DNA of 64,000 nucleotides, taken from NCBI GenBank assembly GCA_031367345.1, contig JANLPR010000201.1, positions 618 to 64,617 on the forward strand, read 5' to 3'. The number at the start of each line of letters is the position of its first letter. Position 1 is the first letter of the stretch. Shown one piece after another: positions 31,646-41,370 of this stretch. Both the position numbers and the translations under genes were made by a program. Under the pieces are notes generated by a model. That model made no database searches. It was given only the letters and a program-made list of their open reading frames with translations, and was not told the DNA's origin. Origin of the DNA: Bacteroidota bacterium (GTDB taxonomy: Bacteria; Bacteroidota; Bacteroidia; AKYH767-A; 2013-40CM-41-45).

Positions 31646-32833
31646 CTACACGCTTGGCTTATCTAAACTACCACGTGATTTCCATAATAAAAAATAAAAA
31701 ATAATTGCGACTGTCATTATTCCTGTGAAAACAAAAAGAGTTTTTGCTCCAAATTGATACCAAACCAATCCTGCTATTGTACTGGCTAACATTGAGCAGA
31801 TGCTTTGAAAACCTGAATATGTTCCTATGGCTGTTGCTGTGTCTTTTTTATTTGTAATGTTACTGATCCATGCTTTCGAAATTCCTTCTGTTGATGCTGC
31901 ATAAACACCATAAATAAAAAATAGTACTATGTAACCAACCATGCTATCATTCCATCCCATTCCGGAATAAACTAAAGCGAACCCAATTAGCCCCGCAACG
32001 AACATTTTTTTTAATCCAATTTTATCTGCAATTGACCCTAATGGGAATGCGAACATTGCATAAACCAAATTGTAGAAAATATATAAAAAAATGATCTTAG
32101 TGTCTGTGATTCCAGATTGCTTTGCTTTCAATAACAAAAAAACATCTGAACTATTTATCAGTGCGAATCCTAATAAGCCAATTAATAACGTTCTGTATTG
32201 CGGTGGACTTTCTCTCCAATATTTAAAAAACGAAAATGCTTTTACTGGCAAATGTTTCGATATTACAGCCTTCTGCGATTTCTTTAATAATAGTGTTGAT
32301 AGTACAGCGAGCAAACCCGGAATGAATGCTATATAAAAAAGTGTTTTATAGTTTTCTGGAAAGTAATACAAGTATATTAAAGCCAGTAATGGGCCAATGA
32401 CGGCTCCAATTGTATCTATCGAGCGATGAAAGCCAAAAACTTTTCCCTTTGTTTCCGGTGTAGCTTCATCTGAAAGTATTGCATCACGAGCTCCTGTACG
32501 AATTCCTTTTCCAAATCGATCTATTGTTCGAGCAAAGAAAATCCACAAGGGATATATAAACATCGCCATCATCGGCTTTGATAGCGCGCTCAACGAATAA
32601 CCAAGCTGAACAAATGGGACTCTTTTACCAGTGATATCTGACATTTTCCCAAAGTACCCTTTACTTAATCCGGCAACGGCTTCTGCTACTCCTTCCAATA
32701 TTCCGATCAATACAATTGAAAACCCAATCGACTTAAGGTAGATAGGCATAATTGGATAGAGCATTTCACTTGCCATATCGGTAAATAAACTAACGACCGA
32801 TAAAACAATAACTGTTTTGGTAATGTGTTTCAA
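31646..32833 (-). CDS. MFS transporter.
   Basis: 12 predicted TM helices. MFS loop motif GKMSDITGKRVPF (G-x-x-x-D-R/K-x-G-R/K). Confidence 0.75.
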   Translation of the reverse strand: MKHITKTVIVLSVVSLFTDMASEMLYPIMPIYLKSIGFSIVLIGILEGVAEAVAGLSKGYFGKMSDITGKRVPFVQLGYSLSALSKPMMAMFIYPLWIFFARTIDRFGKGIRTGARDAILSDEATPETKGKVFGFHRSIDTIGAVIGPLLALIYLYYFPENYKTLFYIAFIPGLLAVLSTLLLKKSQKAVISKHLPVKAFSFFKYWRESPPQYRTLLIGLLGFALINSSDVFLLLKAKQSGITDTKIIFLYIFYNLVYAMFAFPLGSIADKIGLKKMFVAGLIGFALVYSGMGWNDSMVGYIVLFFIYGVYAASTEGISKAWISNITNKKDTATAIGTYSGFQSICSMLASTIAGLVWYQFGAKTLFVFTGIMTVAIIFYFLLWKSRGSLDKPSV

Positions 32834-32862
32834 TGAATTTTAGGATTAACCAATTTGTCGTT

Positions 32863-33756
32863 TCAGTATTTTTCTATCCTAGAAAAATACCTTTTTTCGT
32901 CAGTAAAAATTTCCAACAAATAAACTCCGGCTGGAAGTTCGGAAATATCGACATACTCGGTTTTAAAAATTGCCATTAATTTTCCACTGCCATTCTTTAC
33001 TAGTACATTTTTTAATGATCTATTTTTTTCTAATTTAATATGGAATCTATCAACTGTTGGATTAGGAAAAACGATTACGTCTTTTGAATACGACGATTCA
33101 TTTATTCCGGTACCAAAGCACGCGAAGTCGAAATTATCTATCATCCACCCGTCTTTGCCATTATCAATATTGTCGCTTGTAAAAGTAAATCGGAAACGAA
33201 CAAAATTAAAAGCATAACCTTTGATCAACGATTTTATCCAACCGGAATTACCTGTAAATCCAGGAGAATTATTATTGCTTGAAACGGTACTCGTACTATC
33301 GTAAAAATTTAACAATGTAAACTGATGATCGTAAACAATGTTTGTCCAAGTAAAACCTCCATCTAATGAAACATCTACTGTTCCTCCATCGACCAGTGTA
33401 TCTGTATTGAGCTTGTGCCAAAAACTTATTTCTGTGTAATCGTCTGTACTAATTACAAATTCGAAAAATGATCTATTGTTTGGAGGATATGTAGCAAGTG
33501 TATCTGTTACTAATGCAAGAGAAGGAGAGAATGAAGAATTAAACACTTGCTTATTGGGCTCGCCAATTTGCCAAATGTTAGTATTAGCCATGACTCCAAA
33601 ATGAAAATAGTCAGCAGTATCTCGATCTTCAAATTCACTTACCGGCTGATTCATTGTATATGCAATTGAATAAATCGTATCCTGACTAAATACACTTCCT
33701 GATACTATCATGAATGCAAGACAAAATAATTTTGTTCTCATTTGTTTATATTTCAA
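32863..33756 (-). CDS. T9SS-sorted secreted protein.
   Basis: Signal peptide. C-terminal VFPNPTVDRFHIKLE...GVYLLEI. Confidence 0.6.
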   Translation of the reverse strand: MKYKQMRTKLFCLAFMIVSGSVFSQDTIYSIAYTMNQPVSEFEDRDTADYFHFGVMANTNIWQIGEPNKQVFNSSFSPSLALVTDTLATYPPNNRSFFEFVISTDDYTEISFWHKLNTDTLVDGGTVDVSLDGGFTWTNIVYDHQFTLLNFYDSTSTVSSNNNSPGFTGNSGWIKSLIKGYAFNFVRFRFTFTSDNIDNGKDGWMIDNFDFACFGTGINESSYSKDVIVFPNPTVDRFHIKLEKNRSLKNVLVKNGSGKLMAIFKTEYVDISELPAGVYLLEIFTDEKRYFSRIEKY

Positions 33757-33861
33757 ATCATTTAGAAACTACATTTTTTGCTTAGAGTAACAAAGTAAGA
33801 AAAAACGACTTTCAATCACAATCAGTACTAAATAAAAAAAATAAAGCTTCTTATTTATCTA

Positions 33862-34350
33862 CTATCCTGTTTTTTCTGTTCTCGAAACCCATTCAGGAAC
33901 AGAATAATTTCCCTGACGAAGAAGCAAATTCAATTGGGCTACATGATGCTGAATATGACGCAAATTATAAATTAATATTTCAAAAATACTGTAATCTCGA
34001 TAGCTATTTTTAAATCTCACTTCATTACTTTCCGGATTAAACGTTTGAATTTTTTTGAAACACTTATCACGAGAATAATTTAAATAAACAATTAACTCTT
34101 CTTTAGAATAAATTCTTTCAGGCCTTCTTCCCGTTTCATCAAACTCAGAGAGTGTAAATGGTTTAGGTGGATGAAAATTTTCGGGTTCGGAAAGATAATA
34201 GTCTAAAAAGAAGATTGTATGGTAGGCCTTATACCAGAATTCCGATTTTCCGACCCACAATTCTTGAGGACAAGCATTGATCGCATTTTCGAGCATATCA
34301 ATAGCTGCGCCAAATTGAAACCATAAACTCTTTTTTACTTCTGATTCCAT
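33862..34350 (-). CDS. DinB-family-like protein.
   Basis: Helical ~160-aa protein with a His cluster (NLRHIQHHVAQLNLLL), like the DinB_2 fold. Weak call. Confidence 0.4.
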   Translation of the reverse strand: MESEVKKSLWFQFGAAIDMLENAINACPQELWVGKSEFWYKAYHTIFFLDYYLSEPENFHPPKPFTLSEFDETGRRPERIYSKEELIVYLNYSRDKCFKKIQTFNPESNEVRFKNSYRDYSIFEILIYNLRHIQHHVAQLNLLLRQGNYSVPEWVSRTEKTG

Positions 34351-34430
34351 CCTCTAATTTACAAATTTTTTATGCTGATGTTTTCACAATATAAAAATGA
34401 TTGTCGATTTTTTATGTTACTCGATTTTTT

Positions 34431-35159
34431 CTATTTACCGGAATTCATTCGAAGAAATGCTTGATGAAGTTCTTGTGGATTAGACGATGCCATTGCTTCA
34501 CTAAAGCCAAATGTCAATTCCGTTTTTCCCACTTTTAATTGTTCAAAGATGGAATTAATAAAATCACTCACAGGAGGTGCGAAATCATGTAATCCTTTTC
34601 CGCCTAAATCTGTATTGAGTGCAGGGGGTATGATCTCAATTACTTCAATGTTTTTTGATTTTAATAATTCTCGAAGCGATAAAGTAAAGGAATGAAAAAA
34701 AGCTTTCGTGGCTGAATATATAGGTGTTTTTACAAGAGGAACAAACGATAATCCCGACGTTACATTCATGATCACTTTCAACGATTTTAAATTTGAAAAA
34801 AGTGTCGAAAGATGAATAGGAGCTTCAATATTTATTGAAATCTCCATTTTTGCTCGCTCATAAAAATCATTATCAGTGATAGCCATCCAATTTTGAATTC
34901 CTGCATTATTAATTAAAACAGAAAGATCGCTATGTTCTTTTTCAATCCAATGAAAAAGGCCTTCTCTTTCATTACTCTTCGATAAATCGCACCGACGGGT
35001 TATAACATTGGGGGAAATATTTTTAATTTCTGAAAGTGCATCTTCTCTCCTGCCACAAATTATTACTGTATTTTTTTCATCAATAAAACGTTCTGTAAGT
35101 CCTCGACCAATGCCACTTGCTCCTCCGGTAATTAAAATCTTATTATTCGAAATGTCCAT
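34431..35159 (-). CDS. SDR family short-chain dehydrogenase/reductase.
   Basis: TGGASGIGRG cofactor motif, NNAG, and a Y-x-x-x-K active site (YSATKAF). Confidence 0.85.
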   Translation of the reverse strand: MDISNNKILITGGASGIGRGLTERFIDEKNTVIICGRREDALSEIKNISPNVITRRCDLSKSNEREGLFHWIEKEHSDLSVLINNAGIQNWMAITDNDFYERAKMEISINIEAPIHLSTLFSNLKSLKVIMNVTSGLSFVPLVKTPIYSATKAFFHSFTLSLRELLKSKNIEVIEIIPPALNTDLGGKGLHDFAPPVSDFINSIFEQLKVGKTELTFGFSEAMASSNPQELHQAFLRMNSGK

Positions 35160-35271
35160 ATAATTTTAAACAAAGATATCACAAATTCAGTGACAGTTAA
35201 AAATCTACTTACGAATAATTAGTAATAAAAAAAGGCCTATCCGGGGAAGATAGGCCTAACGTTTTTTCATG

Positions 35272-35892
35272 CTAGTCTTTTAAAGGTGTGTTCAAAATCA
35301 AAGGTTCAGGAATTGGTCCAACTAATCGAGCAACGTCAAAAATCTTTTCAGCTGTTAAACGTAATTTAATAAGTTCAGATGGATAACCATTATTAAAATC
35401 GACAAGTGATTTTACAATATAATCGTAATCAGGATTAATTGTTTGTGATTTTTGTTGATGATACGTAGTAATTACCAATGGTAAATCTGGTGTATAAACA
35501 TTGTTGTCTTCAATTTTATAAAAATTTACATTACTCATAAGTTTATTGAATTTAGCAAGCGTGGTACTATTTACATCCCAACTTACTCTTCCTAGATGCG
35601 CAACATTTCTAACGCCAACAAATGTTAATGTACCATTACTCATAAGAGATACAATATATGCGGGTTGTACAGTTCGTCCTGCTTGATGATCAATTCTAAA
35701 AACTTCGAAAGGTCGTGTTGCTTCCAATGATAGACCTCGGGGGTCAATTCTTGAAACAGAGTTCGCGTCGCTTTGATTTCCGGAAGGTACCATGTCGTCT
35801 TTTTGACAGCCGGAAAACATTACAATGATTGTCATTGCAAAAAATAATACAATTCCACTCATTTTAATAGTTAGGTTTCTGTGAGTGTTCAT
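35272..35892 (-). CDS. Hypothetical lipoprotein.
   Basis: Signal with lipobox (VMFSGCQKDD). No recognisable domain. Confidence 0.5.
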   Translation of the reverse strand: MNTHRNLTIKMSGIVLFFAMTIIVMFSGCQKDDMVPSGNQSDANSVSRIDPRGLSLEATRPFEVFRIDHQAGRTVQPAYIVSLMSNGTLTFVGVRNVAHLGRVSWDVNSTTLAKFNKLMSNVNFYKIEDNNVYTPDLPLVITTYHQQKSQTINPDYDYIVKSLVDFNNGYPSELIKLRLTAEKIFDVARLVGPIPEPLILNTPLKD

Positions 35893-36130
35893 TTTGTTTA
35901 ATTTAAAACTGTTTAAATGATATGTGAATTAGAGACGGTTAAAGCTAAGTCAACATTTCTTTGTAAAATCAAACATTCGATGAGCATGCTGTAACAGAGG
36001 CTGAACGCTTTGTTTCCGGATTTAAAGTCGAAATTCCTTCTATTCAAAAATTCCAAAATATCTAAAAGCAAAACAAAAATCAACAAAGGTAATTAGAATG
36101 GCATGAGTTTTTAAAATACAATTCCAACTA

Positions 36131-36493
36131 CTATTCAAATCTGTCTTTTATAGCTGTCAGTTCATTTACACCAATTGTGCAAATAGTTTTTAATTTAGAA
36201 AAGTCATTTCTTGTTTTCTCTAGCGGCTTCAATTCCTTCGCTGTCGCCTCCATTTCAGTTAACATGTTTCTCAATTCAACATCAAAGCCGGAGTAAGAAA
36301 TAGAAGATTTCATTTTATGTGCTACGAATTCTATATTCCTATAGTCAGAATCCTTTAAAGCTTGTTCTAACTTGTAAATCTCTTTAGGGTTTTCTCTGAT
36401 AAAAATCTCTATCATGTGTCTAACCAGTCCCGGATTTCCTTCTGCTAATCTATTTAGCACTTCTAAATCGATAACGCCTTTTACAATTTCCAT
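36131..36493 (-). CDS. Stand-alone Hpt (histidine phosphotransfer) protein.
   Basis: EFVAHKMKSSISYSGF contains the conserved phospho-accepting His in the HxxKGS-like helix. ~120 aa from MEIVKG. Confidence 0.65.
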   Translation of the reverse strand: MEIVKGVIDLEVLNRLAEGNPGLVRHMIEIFIRENPKEIYKLEQALKDSDYRNIEFVAHKMKSSISYSGFDVELRNMLTEMEATAKELKPLEKTRNDFSKLKTICTIGVNELTAIKDRFE

Positions 36494-36533
36494 TTTCTTT
36501 AACGTTTTTGAATTAAATAAAAAATAATTTTTA

Positions 36534-37226
36534 CTAAATAAAATCAATCAACTTATACAGGTGGTGCTTAAATTGATCGCCTATTGGAAGAGGTATTTTA
36601 TTTAAAAAAAGTGTGCCATCTTCTATATAGTCAATTTGAGCTATTGAAACGATGTACGAACGATGTATTCTACAAAATTTTGAGTCTCCTATTTTTTTTT
36701 CAAACGCCCCAAGTGTTATATGTGCTGTATGTCTTCCCGATTTCGCATATATAGTAATATAATCTCCTAAAGCTTGGACGTAATAGATATCGGCCAATTT
36801 AATTTTAGTAATTATATTTTTATTTCTAACAAAAATATAATCCCTTTCTTCAATCGATAGATTTCCGCCACTGCTATCGTAAATTTCTTTTGCTCTACTT
36901 ACAGCCATGGTGAAGCGTGAAAGCGTAATCGGCTTTACGAGAAAATCGGCCACATTCAATTCGAACGCTTCAATTGCATGATCCTTCTGAGATGAAATAA
37001 AAATAATTATCGGAGGATTCTTTAGGTGCCTTACAAATTCTACTCCATTTATCCCGGGCATTTCAACATCCAAAAAAATTAAATCTACATGTTCGCTTTG
37101 TAAAAAATTAAATACATCGAGTGCATTGCTAAATTCTCCAATCTGAGTTAGAAAATCAACCTGAGCAACCAAATCAGTAATTATGGTTCTCGAAAAAATA
37201 TCGTCATCAACATTAATACACTTCAT
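36534..37226 (-). CDS. LytTR-family response regulator (REC + LytTR).
   Basis: REC (LIFLDVEMPGINGVEF). LytTR (KFCRIHRSYIVSIAQIDYIED). It is paralogous to the regulator at 12046. Confidence 0.85.
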   Translation of the reverse strand: MKCINVDDDIFSRTIITDLVAQVDFLTQIGEFSNALDVFNFLQSEHVDLIFLDVEMPGINGVEFVRHLKNPPIIIFISSQKDHAIEAFELNVADFLVKPITLSRFTMAVSRAKEIYDSSGGNLSIEERDYIFVRNKNIITKIKLADIYYVQALGDYITIYAKSGRHTAHITLGAFEKKIGDSKFCRIHRSYIVSIAQIDYIEDGTLFLNKIPLPIGDQFKHHLYKLIDFI

Positions 37227-37338
37227 GTTTCATCCTATGGAACGGAATAAAAACTAAAAAAGGCACCCCTGGTTATTATCCCTAACCTGCCTACTTATCT
37301 ACAAAGTTAAAATAAGTATTGAATGTTACAAGACAAAA

Positions 37339-37409
37339 AAAAGAGTTTTAAAAAAACTAGAAACGGTTTCTAACTTTAAACCAATTAATTGTCCTTTTAA
37401 AACTCTTTT
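37339..37409 (-). terminator. Long inverted repeat / terminator-like hairpin between the DUF4440 gene and the LytTR-Hpt operon.
   Basis: Perfect 15-bp arms AAAAGAGTTTTAAAA (37339-53) and TTTTAAAACTCTTTT (37395-409). An inner palindrome TAGAAAC-g-GTTTCTA sits at 37358-72. On the minus strand the hairpin is followed by a U8 tract. Confidence 0.35.
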
Positions 37410-37683
37410 TCTCTGTTGCCAGCTCAAATTTAATTCAAAAATTGAATGTTTTCTGCATCAAACGAATTGTATGATTCGCAAAAAACACTCTCGAATTGGA
37501 CACCATCAAAGGTTCCCGAAAGTTTAAATCTAAACTTGACTAGCCTTTGAAAACAAAATCAATTTTTCTCATATACTTTTTTACTATTTCTCATTCAGGT
37601 GTGCTTGCTGAATGAATTATCAGGTAAACATTATTCGTACTTAAGATAATGAGTGTTGACCTTATATGAGAATGAAAATAATT

Positions 37684-38172
37684 CTAGTTTTTCGGCATCG
37701 GATCCATTGCAAAATTTGCATGAACTAATTTCCATTTGCCGTTTTGTTTTGCATATACACGTGTAGATTTAGCACGATTCGTTTTAACTTCACCGTCTTT
37801 GTTTTTCATAACACCTGCGTAATTGTATGACAATATAGCTACGTCACCATAAACTTGCACCTTCGGGTTAAGCATTTCTCCTGCTAAAGTTCTACCCGGA
37901 TCTTTACTCCCGGCTTCTGTCAATCGCATACATTGAGCTTTCCCTTCAAGTCTTGTAGAATAATCTGAATTAAATTCGGTGTAATCGTCAGCTGTGTTTT
38001 TAAATTGCTCTGCTACATTTGTAGGATCAGAAACCTCAGAAGCCCACTGCGCTTTTACCATTGCAATAATTTCGTCCGACGTTTGCTGTGTTGTGCTTGC
38101 TTGCGCTGTCGCGTTTTGTGTTTGGATAATCATGCCCACTAGCATAATCAACCCCATGGTGATTTTTTTCAT
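37684..38172 (-). CDS. DUF4440/SnoaL-like (NTF2 fold) secreted protein.
   Basis: Signal peptide. ...VYGDVAILSYNYAGVMKNKDGEVKTNRAKSTRVYAKQNGKWKLVHANF is typical of NTF2-like DUF4440. Confidence 0.6.
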   Translation of the reverse strand: MKKITMGLIMLVGMIIQTQNATAQASTTQQTSDEIIAMVKAQWASEVSDPTNVAEQFKNTADDYTEFNSDYSTRLEGKAQCMRLTEAGSKDPGRTLAGEMLNPKVQVYGDVAILSYNYAGVMKNKDGEVKTNRAKSTRVYAKQNGKWKLVHANFAMDPMPKN

Positions 38173-38453
38173 GTTGTATTTGTTTAAATGTGTGTCGACT
38201 ATTACAGGACGCCAACTTATCCTTGCAAAAAATGTATTAATATTCTTTTTGTATTACAAAATAAATAAACTAGCCTTTCAATTTAAAATTTCAATTTTCT
38301 GAAAGTAACAAAATATTAATGAAAAGAAAAAATAATTTTTCAATAAGATAATGTTGTATTGATCCAATGAACTTATTTGTTTAGCAAATTCCCTTTTTAC
38401 CAGCGTTAAAACTCCTTGCTTCGTGTATCTTTATTTTAAAAAAGTTGACTTTT

Positions 38454-39392
38454 TCAAAATTTAACGCTATACTCTAGCGATGCAACATAACTTCTAGTTA
38501 AACCGTCCGGTTTTGTTTTACGTGTAATAAATGGTGTTCCTACAATCAGACTAAGTATTGCATTCTGTTTAATCAAATAATCTAAATAAATATTTGCATT
38601 AAATGTCAAGCCTTTTGATCCGCTTATTTTCCTTTCCACTAAATCTAAATCAGTAAATCTATCGTCACTCAAATGATAGATTGGTAATAGACTAGGTGTA
38701 ATGGTAAATTTTTCTGACGCCTTTATAGGATATGAAATTCTTAACAACACATCCGGACTCCTTTTATATTTATTTGTTGACTGAAAATTATACAATAGTG
38801 AATTAGGATCATTGTTCTCCGATAAAAATTGATTTTTGTTTTGGATAACCGGTTGTTGATATGCAAAAACTAGTTTCAGGCTTTTTATTTCTTTCGAAAT
38901 ACCAAAAAGCAAATCAACAGTTCCTAGACTTGGTTGATAATCCATTGGTAGAGCTAAATTATTCTTCTTTAAATTTCCATCAGTAAACGGGGTTTTTATT
39001 CCAAGAGATAATTTTGTTTTATGATGAAGTTCAAAACTAGAAATTATATATAGATCTGAAACTCCAGATGAACGAATTCCATTTCCTCCTTGAGAGGTAA
39101 ATGTTAGTTTGCCTTGAAGTGAGACTATTGAGGTTATTTGTCTTGAATATTCTAGGTACCCGCCTATAACAGAAATAGAATGATCGGCTCCACCATTTGA
39201 AAGTCCAATTTTAAAAAGATTGCTTGTATCTAATGAAAGCGAATCGGGACTATTTGGTTTAAAAGCATCAAGCGTGCAAAAGCCGGCATCGCTACATCCT
39301 TGTGCATATACAAATTGAATTTCTGAAATAGTAAAAATAAATGCTATTACTACCATCCATTTAAACCTTATACTTGACGCTGCTTTTTCCAT
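38454..39392 (-). CDS. Putative outer-membrane beta-barrel protein.
   Basis: Signal peptide. Alternating-hydrophobic strands. C-terminal aromatic residue (…SLEYSVKF). Confidence 0.45.
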   Translation of the reverse strand: MEKAASSIRFKWMVVIAFIFTISEIQFVYAQGCSDAGFCTLDAFKPNSPDSLSLDTSNLFKIGLSNGGADHSISVIGGYLEYSRQITSIVSLQGKLTFTSQGGNGIRSSGVSDLYIISSFELHHKTKLSLGIKTPFTDGNLKKNNLALPMDYQPSLGTVDLLFGISKEIKSLKLVFAYQQPVIQNKNQFLSENNDPNSLLYNFQSTNKYKRSPDVLLRISYPIKASEKFTITPSLLPIYHLSDDRFTDLDLVERKISGSKGLTFNANIYLDYLIKQNAILSLIVGTPFITRKTKPDGLTRSYVASLEYSVKF

Positions 39393-39451
39393 TCCTTTCT
39401 ATTAATTTCAGTAATTAAATTTCTTCTTAATAATACTCTAGTTTTTCAAAA

Positions 39452-39847
39452 CTAAAGGCTTGAAAAATATTTTTTCATCGGCTCAAAATAATGAGAAACC
39501 CAACCTGTTTCTACATGATATTCTTGCTCCGGAATGTTAGAATGTATCAAAGTAAGCTGGGTTTCACCTCCCTTTTCTTCGAATATTACTTCAAGCAATG
39601 AGTCTTCATCTTCTGGTTTAAATGAGGTTGATCTCCAGCTCTGGACAATTTTTTTGAATGGTATTAACTCAATATTTTTTCCTGTGATGTACTCTCCATG
39701 CGCTTTGTATTCTGCACCAACCACCTGACTAGCTATTGCTGATTCCGAATCGGTCATTAATGCATGCCTTTCGCTATCTAACCATGCTGAATAAATAGCT
39801 TGAGGAGTTGCTGGAATTTCTGATATTAACTTGAATTTTAATTTCAT
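39452..39847 (-). CDS. SRPBCC/AHSA1 (activator of Hsp90 ATPase homolog-like) domain protein.
   Basis: 131 aa. PATPQAIYSAWLDSERHALMT... is the typical N-terminus of AHSA1-type SRPBCC proteins. Confidence 0.6.
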   Translation of the reverse strand: MKLKFKLISEIPATPQAIYSAWLDSERHALMTDSESAIASQVVGAEYKAHGEYITGKNIELIPFKKIVQSWRSTSFKPEDEDSLLEVIFEEKGGETQLTLIHSNIPEQEYHVETGWVSHYFEPMKKYFSSL

Positions 39848-40051
39848 TTTTTTGATTCAATTTTAATTATATTTTATTCTTATTGTAATAACCAATTATC
39901 GGAATTAATTTACTTATGTGCATTAGGATGAATTTCTAATTAGTAGAAATTCAAAAATCACTATTAATAAAATCGACGACTAGAATAAATAATTGGAAAG
40001 GCAGCAGATTTCTAAAAAAATCTGCTGCCTTTAATTTTCCCATTCAAGAAA

Positions 40052-40819
40052 TTATTTCTTGGGGTGATAAGCTAAATCTTCTCTCATCATCCCTGTGAAT
40101 GTTTCATACTTCGAGGTGTACGACAGCACATCATTTAAGACCTTTCGTCCCTCATCACCTATCAAAATCATATTTTCTTTTTGCATTTGAGCAAATGATT
40201 CTGCGTCTTTCGCTGAAACAACAACCATGTAATAGGAATCAATTAATCCAAAACCACTTTTATATACTCGATAGTGTATTTTTGAATTTTTACTTGCATA
40301 ATAGTTTTTCACTGCCAATCCTTTTTCCCTTAGCATTTGAAAGTTCTCGGGAGTAGCGTGATAATAATAATAAACACGATACGGTAACCCCTCTTGAGCA
40401 ATAGAAATTCCTTCCGGCATATAACACATGTCTTCTTCAAGAGTAATCATATACGTTCCGTGTGCTGTATAACATTTATCCATTCTTGTAAATAAATTAT
40501 CCAATTTGTCTTTGCCCAATTTTTCAGACAATTGTGAAAACATGTTTTTGTCGAGGTCAGCCATCTTGTCAATTGGCATAACATAGCTGTATCGAAAGTC
40601 GGCGGTTTGTGTGACAAAAAAATTAACGTCCTGAATATTGTATTGGTTGAGATAGCCGATTAACTCTTTGAGTATTTTTTCATAATCACCAACCATCGAT
40701 GGCTTTACAATATCTTGATGAATGGCATACATTTTCTTTGGCGCGATTTGCGCAGATGAAACAATGGGTGACCAACAAAAGATCACGGCAATGATTAAGA
40801 TTGATTTGAGTTTTTTCAT
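40052..40819 (-). CDS. Hypothetical secreted protein.
   Basis: Signal peptide MKKLKSILIIAVIFCWSPIVSSAQ. No recognisable domain. Confidence 0.5.
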   Translation of the reverse strand: MKKLKSILIIAVIFCWSPIVSSAQIAPKKMYAIHQDIVKPSMVGDYEKILKELIGYLNQYNIQDVNFFVTQTADFRYSYVMPIDKMADLDKNMFSQLSEKLGKDKLDNLFTRMDKCYTAHGTYMITLEEDMCYMPEGISIAQEGLPYRVYYYYHATPENFQMLREKGLAVKNYYASKNSKIHYRVYKSGFGLIDSYYMVVVSAKDAESFAQMQKENMILIGDEGRKVLNDVLSYTSKYETFTGMMREDLAYHPKK

Positions 40820-41345
40820 GGCTTTAAAATTTATATGTTAATAATAAAATAGAATTTGGTTTTCATGAAATTTACTAATTATATTTATACTGATTCAATT
40901 TCTAAATGAAAAATATTTCCTAAAAAAAGATCAGTAAGAGATAAGTAAATCGATTTTTTTTTCAAAAATAGAACCATCAAACATGCTCAATTTACATATT
41001 ATTTTATATTTAAAAAAAGAAATATTATTAAAAAAAGAATATTGAAATTTTTTATTCAAAAAAAGCTGATTAAAATTTGATCCTAATCCCAACAGAATAA
41101 AATAAAAAGCGACTTTTACTCACTCTACTTACAATTAACCTTGTATTTGAATTTTATTTACGTCTCAAATTGCCTATTGTTGCTCCCAATCCGGTTCACA
41201 TTTATAAACTCAATGAATAACTTAACCGTCAATTTCTCCTTCAAAATTGTCCTTTATTTTACTTTGAACTGATCAATTATTACGACCGCCATCTTTTTAA
41301 ATTAAAAACAGACTCTTTAACTCGCATATAATTGATTAAACTGTG

Positions 41346-41353
41346 TATCTTTG
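41346..41353 (+). promoter_or_regulatory. Bacteroidetes-type -7 promoter element (TAnnTTTG) upstream of the helicase gene.
   Basis: TATCTTTG lies 18 nt upstream of the helicase ATG at 41371, inside a 512-bp AT-rich, A-tract-rich intergenic region. I did not find a convincing -33 TTG. Confidence 0.3.
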
Positions 41354-41370
41354 CAAATCCTCAAAAATTT

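Noticed and set aside
41332-41370. Upstream extension of the helicase ORF from the alternative TTG start at 41332.
   Set aside because: The extension (IKLCIFANPQKF) overlaps the TATCTTTG promoter-like element and has no start context. The ATG at 41371 (MSSILNP) is the preferred start.
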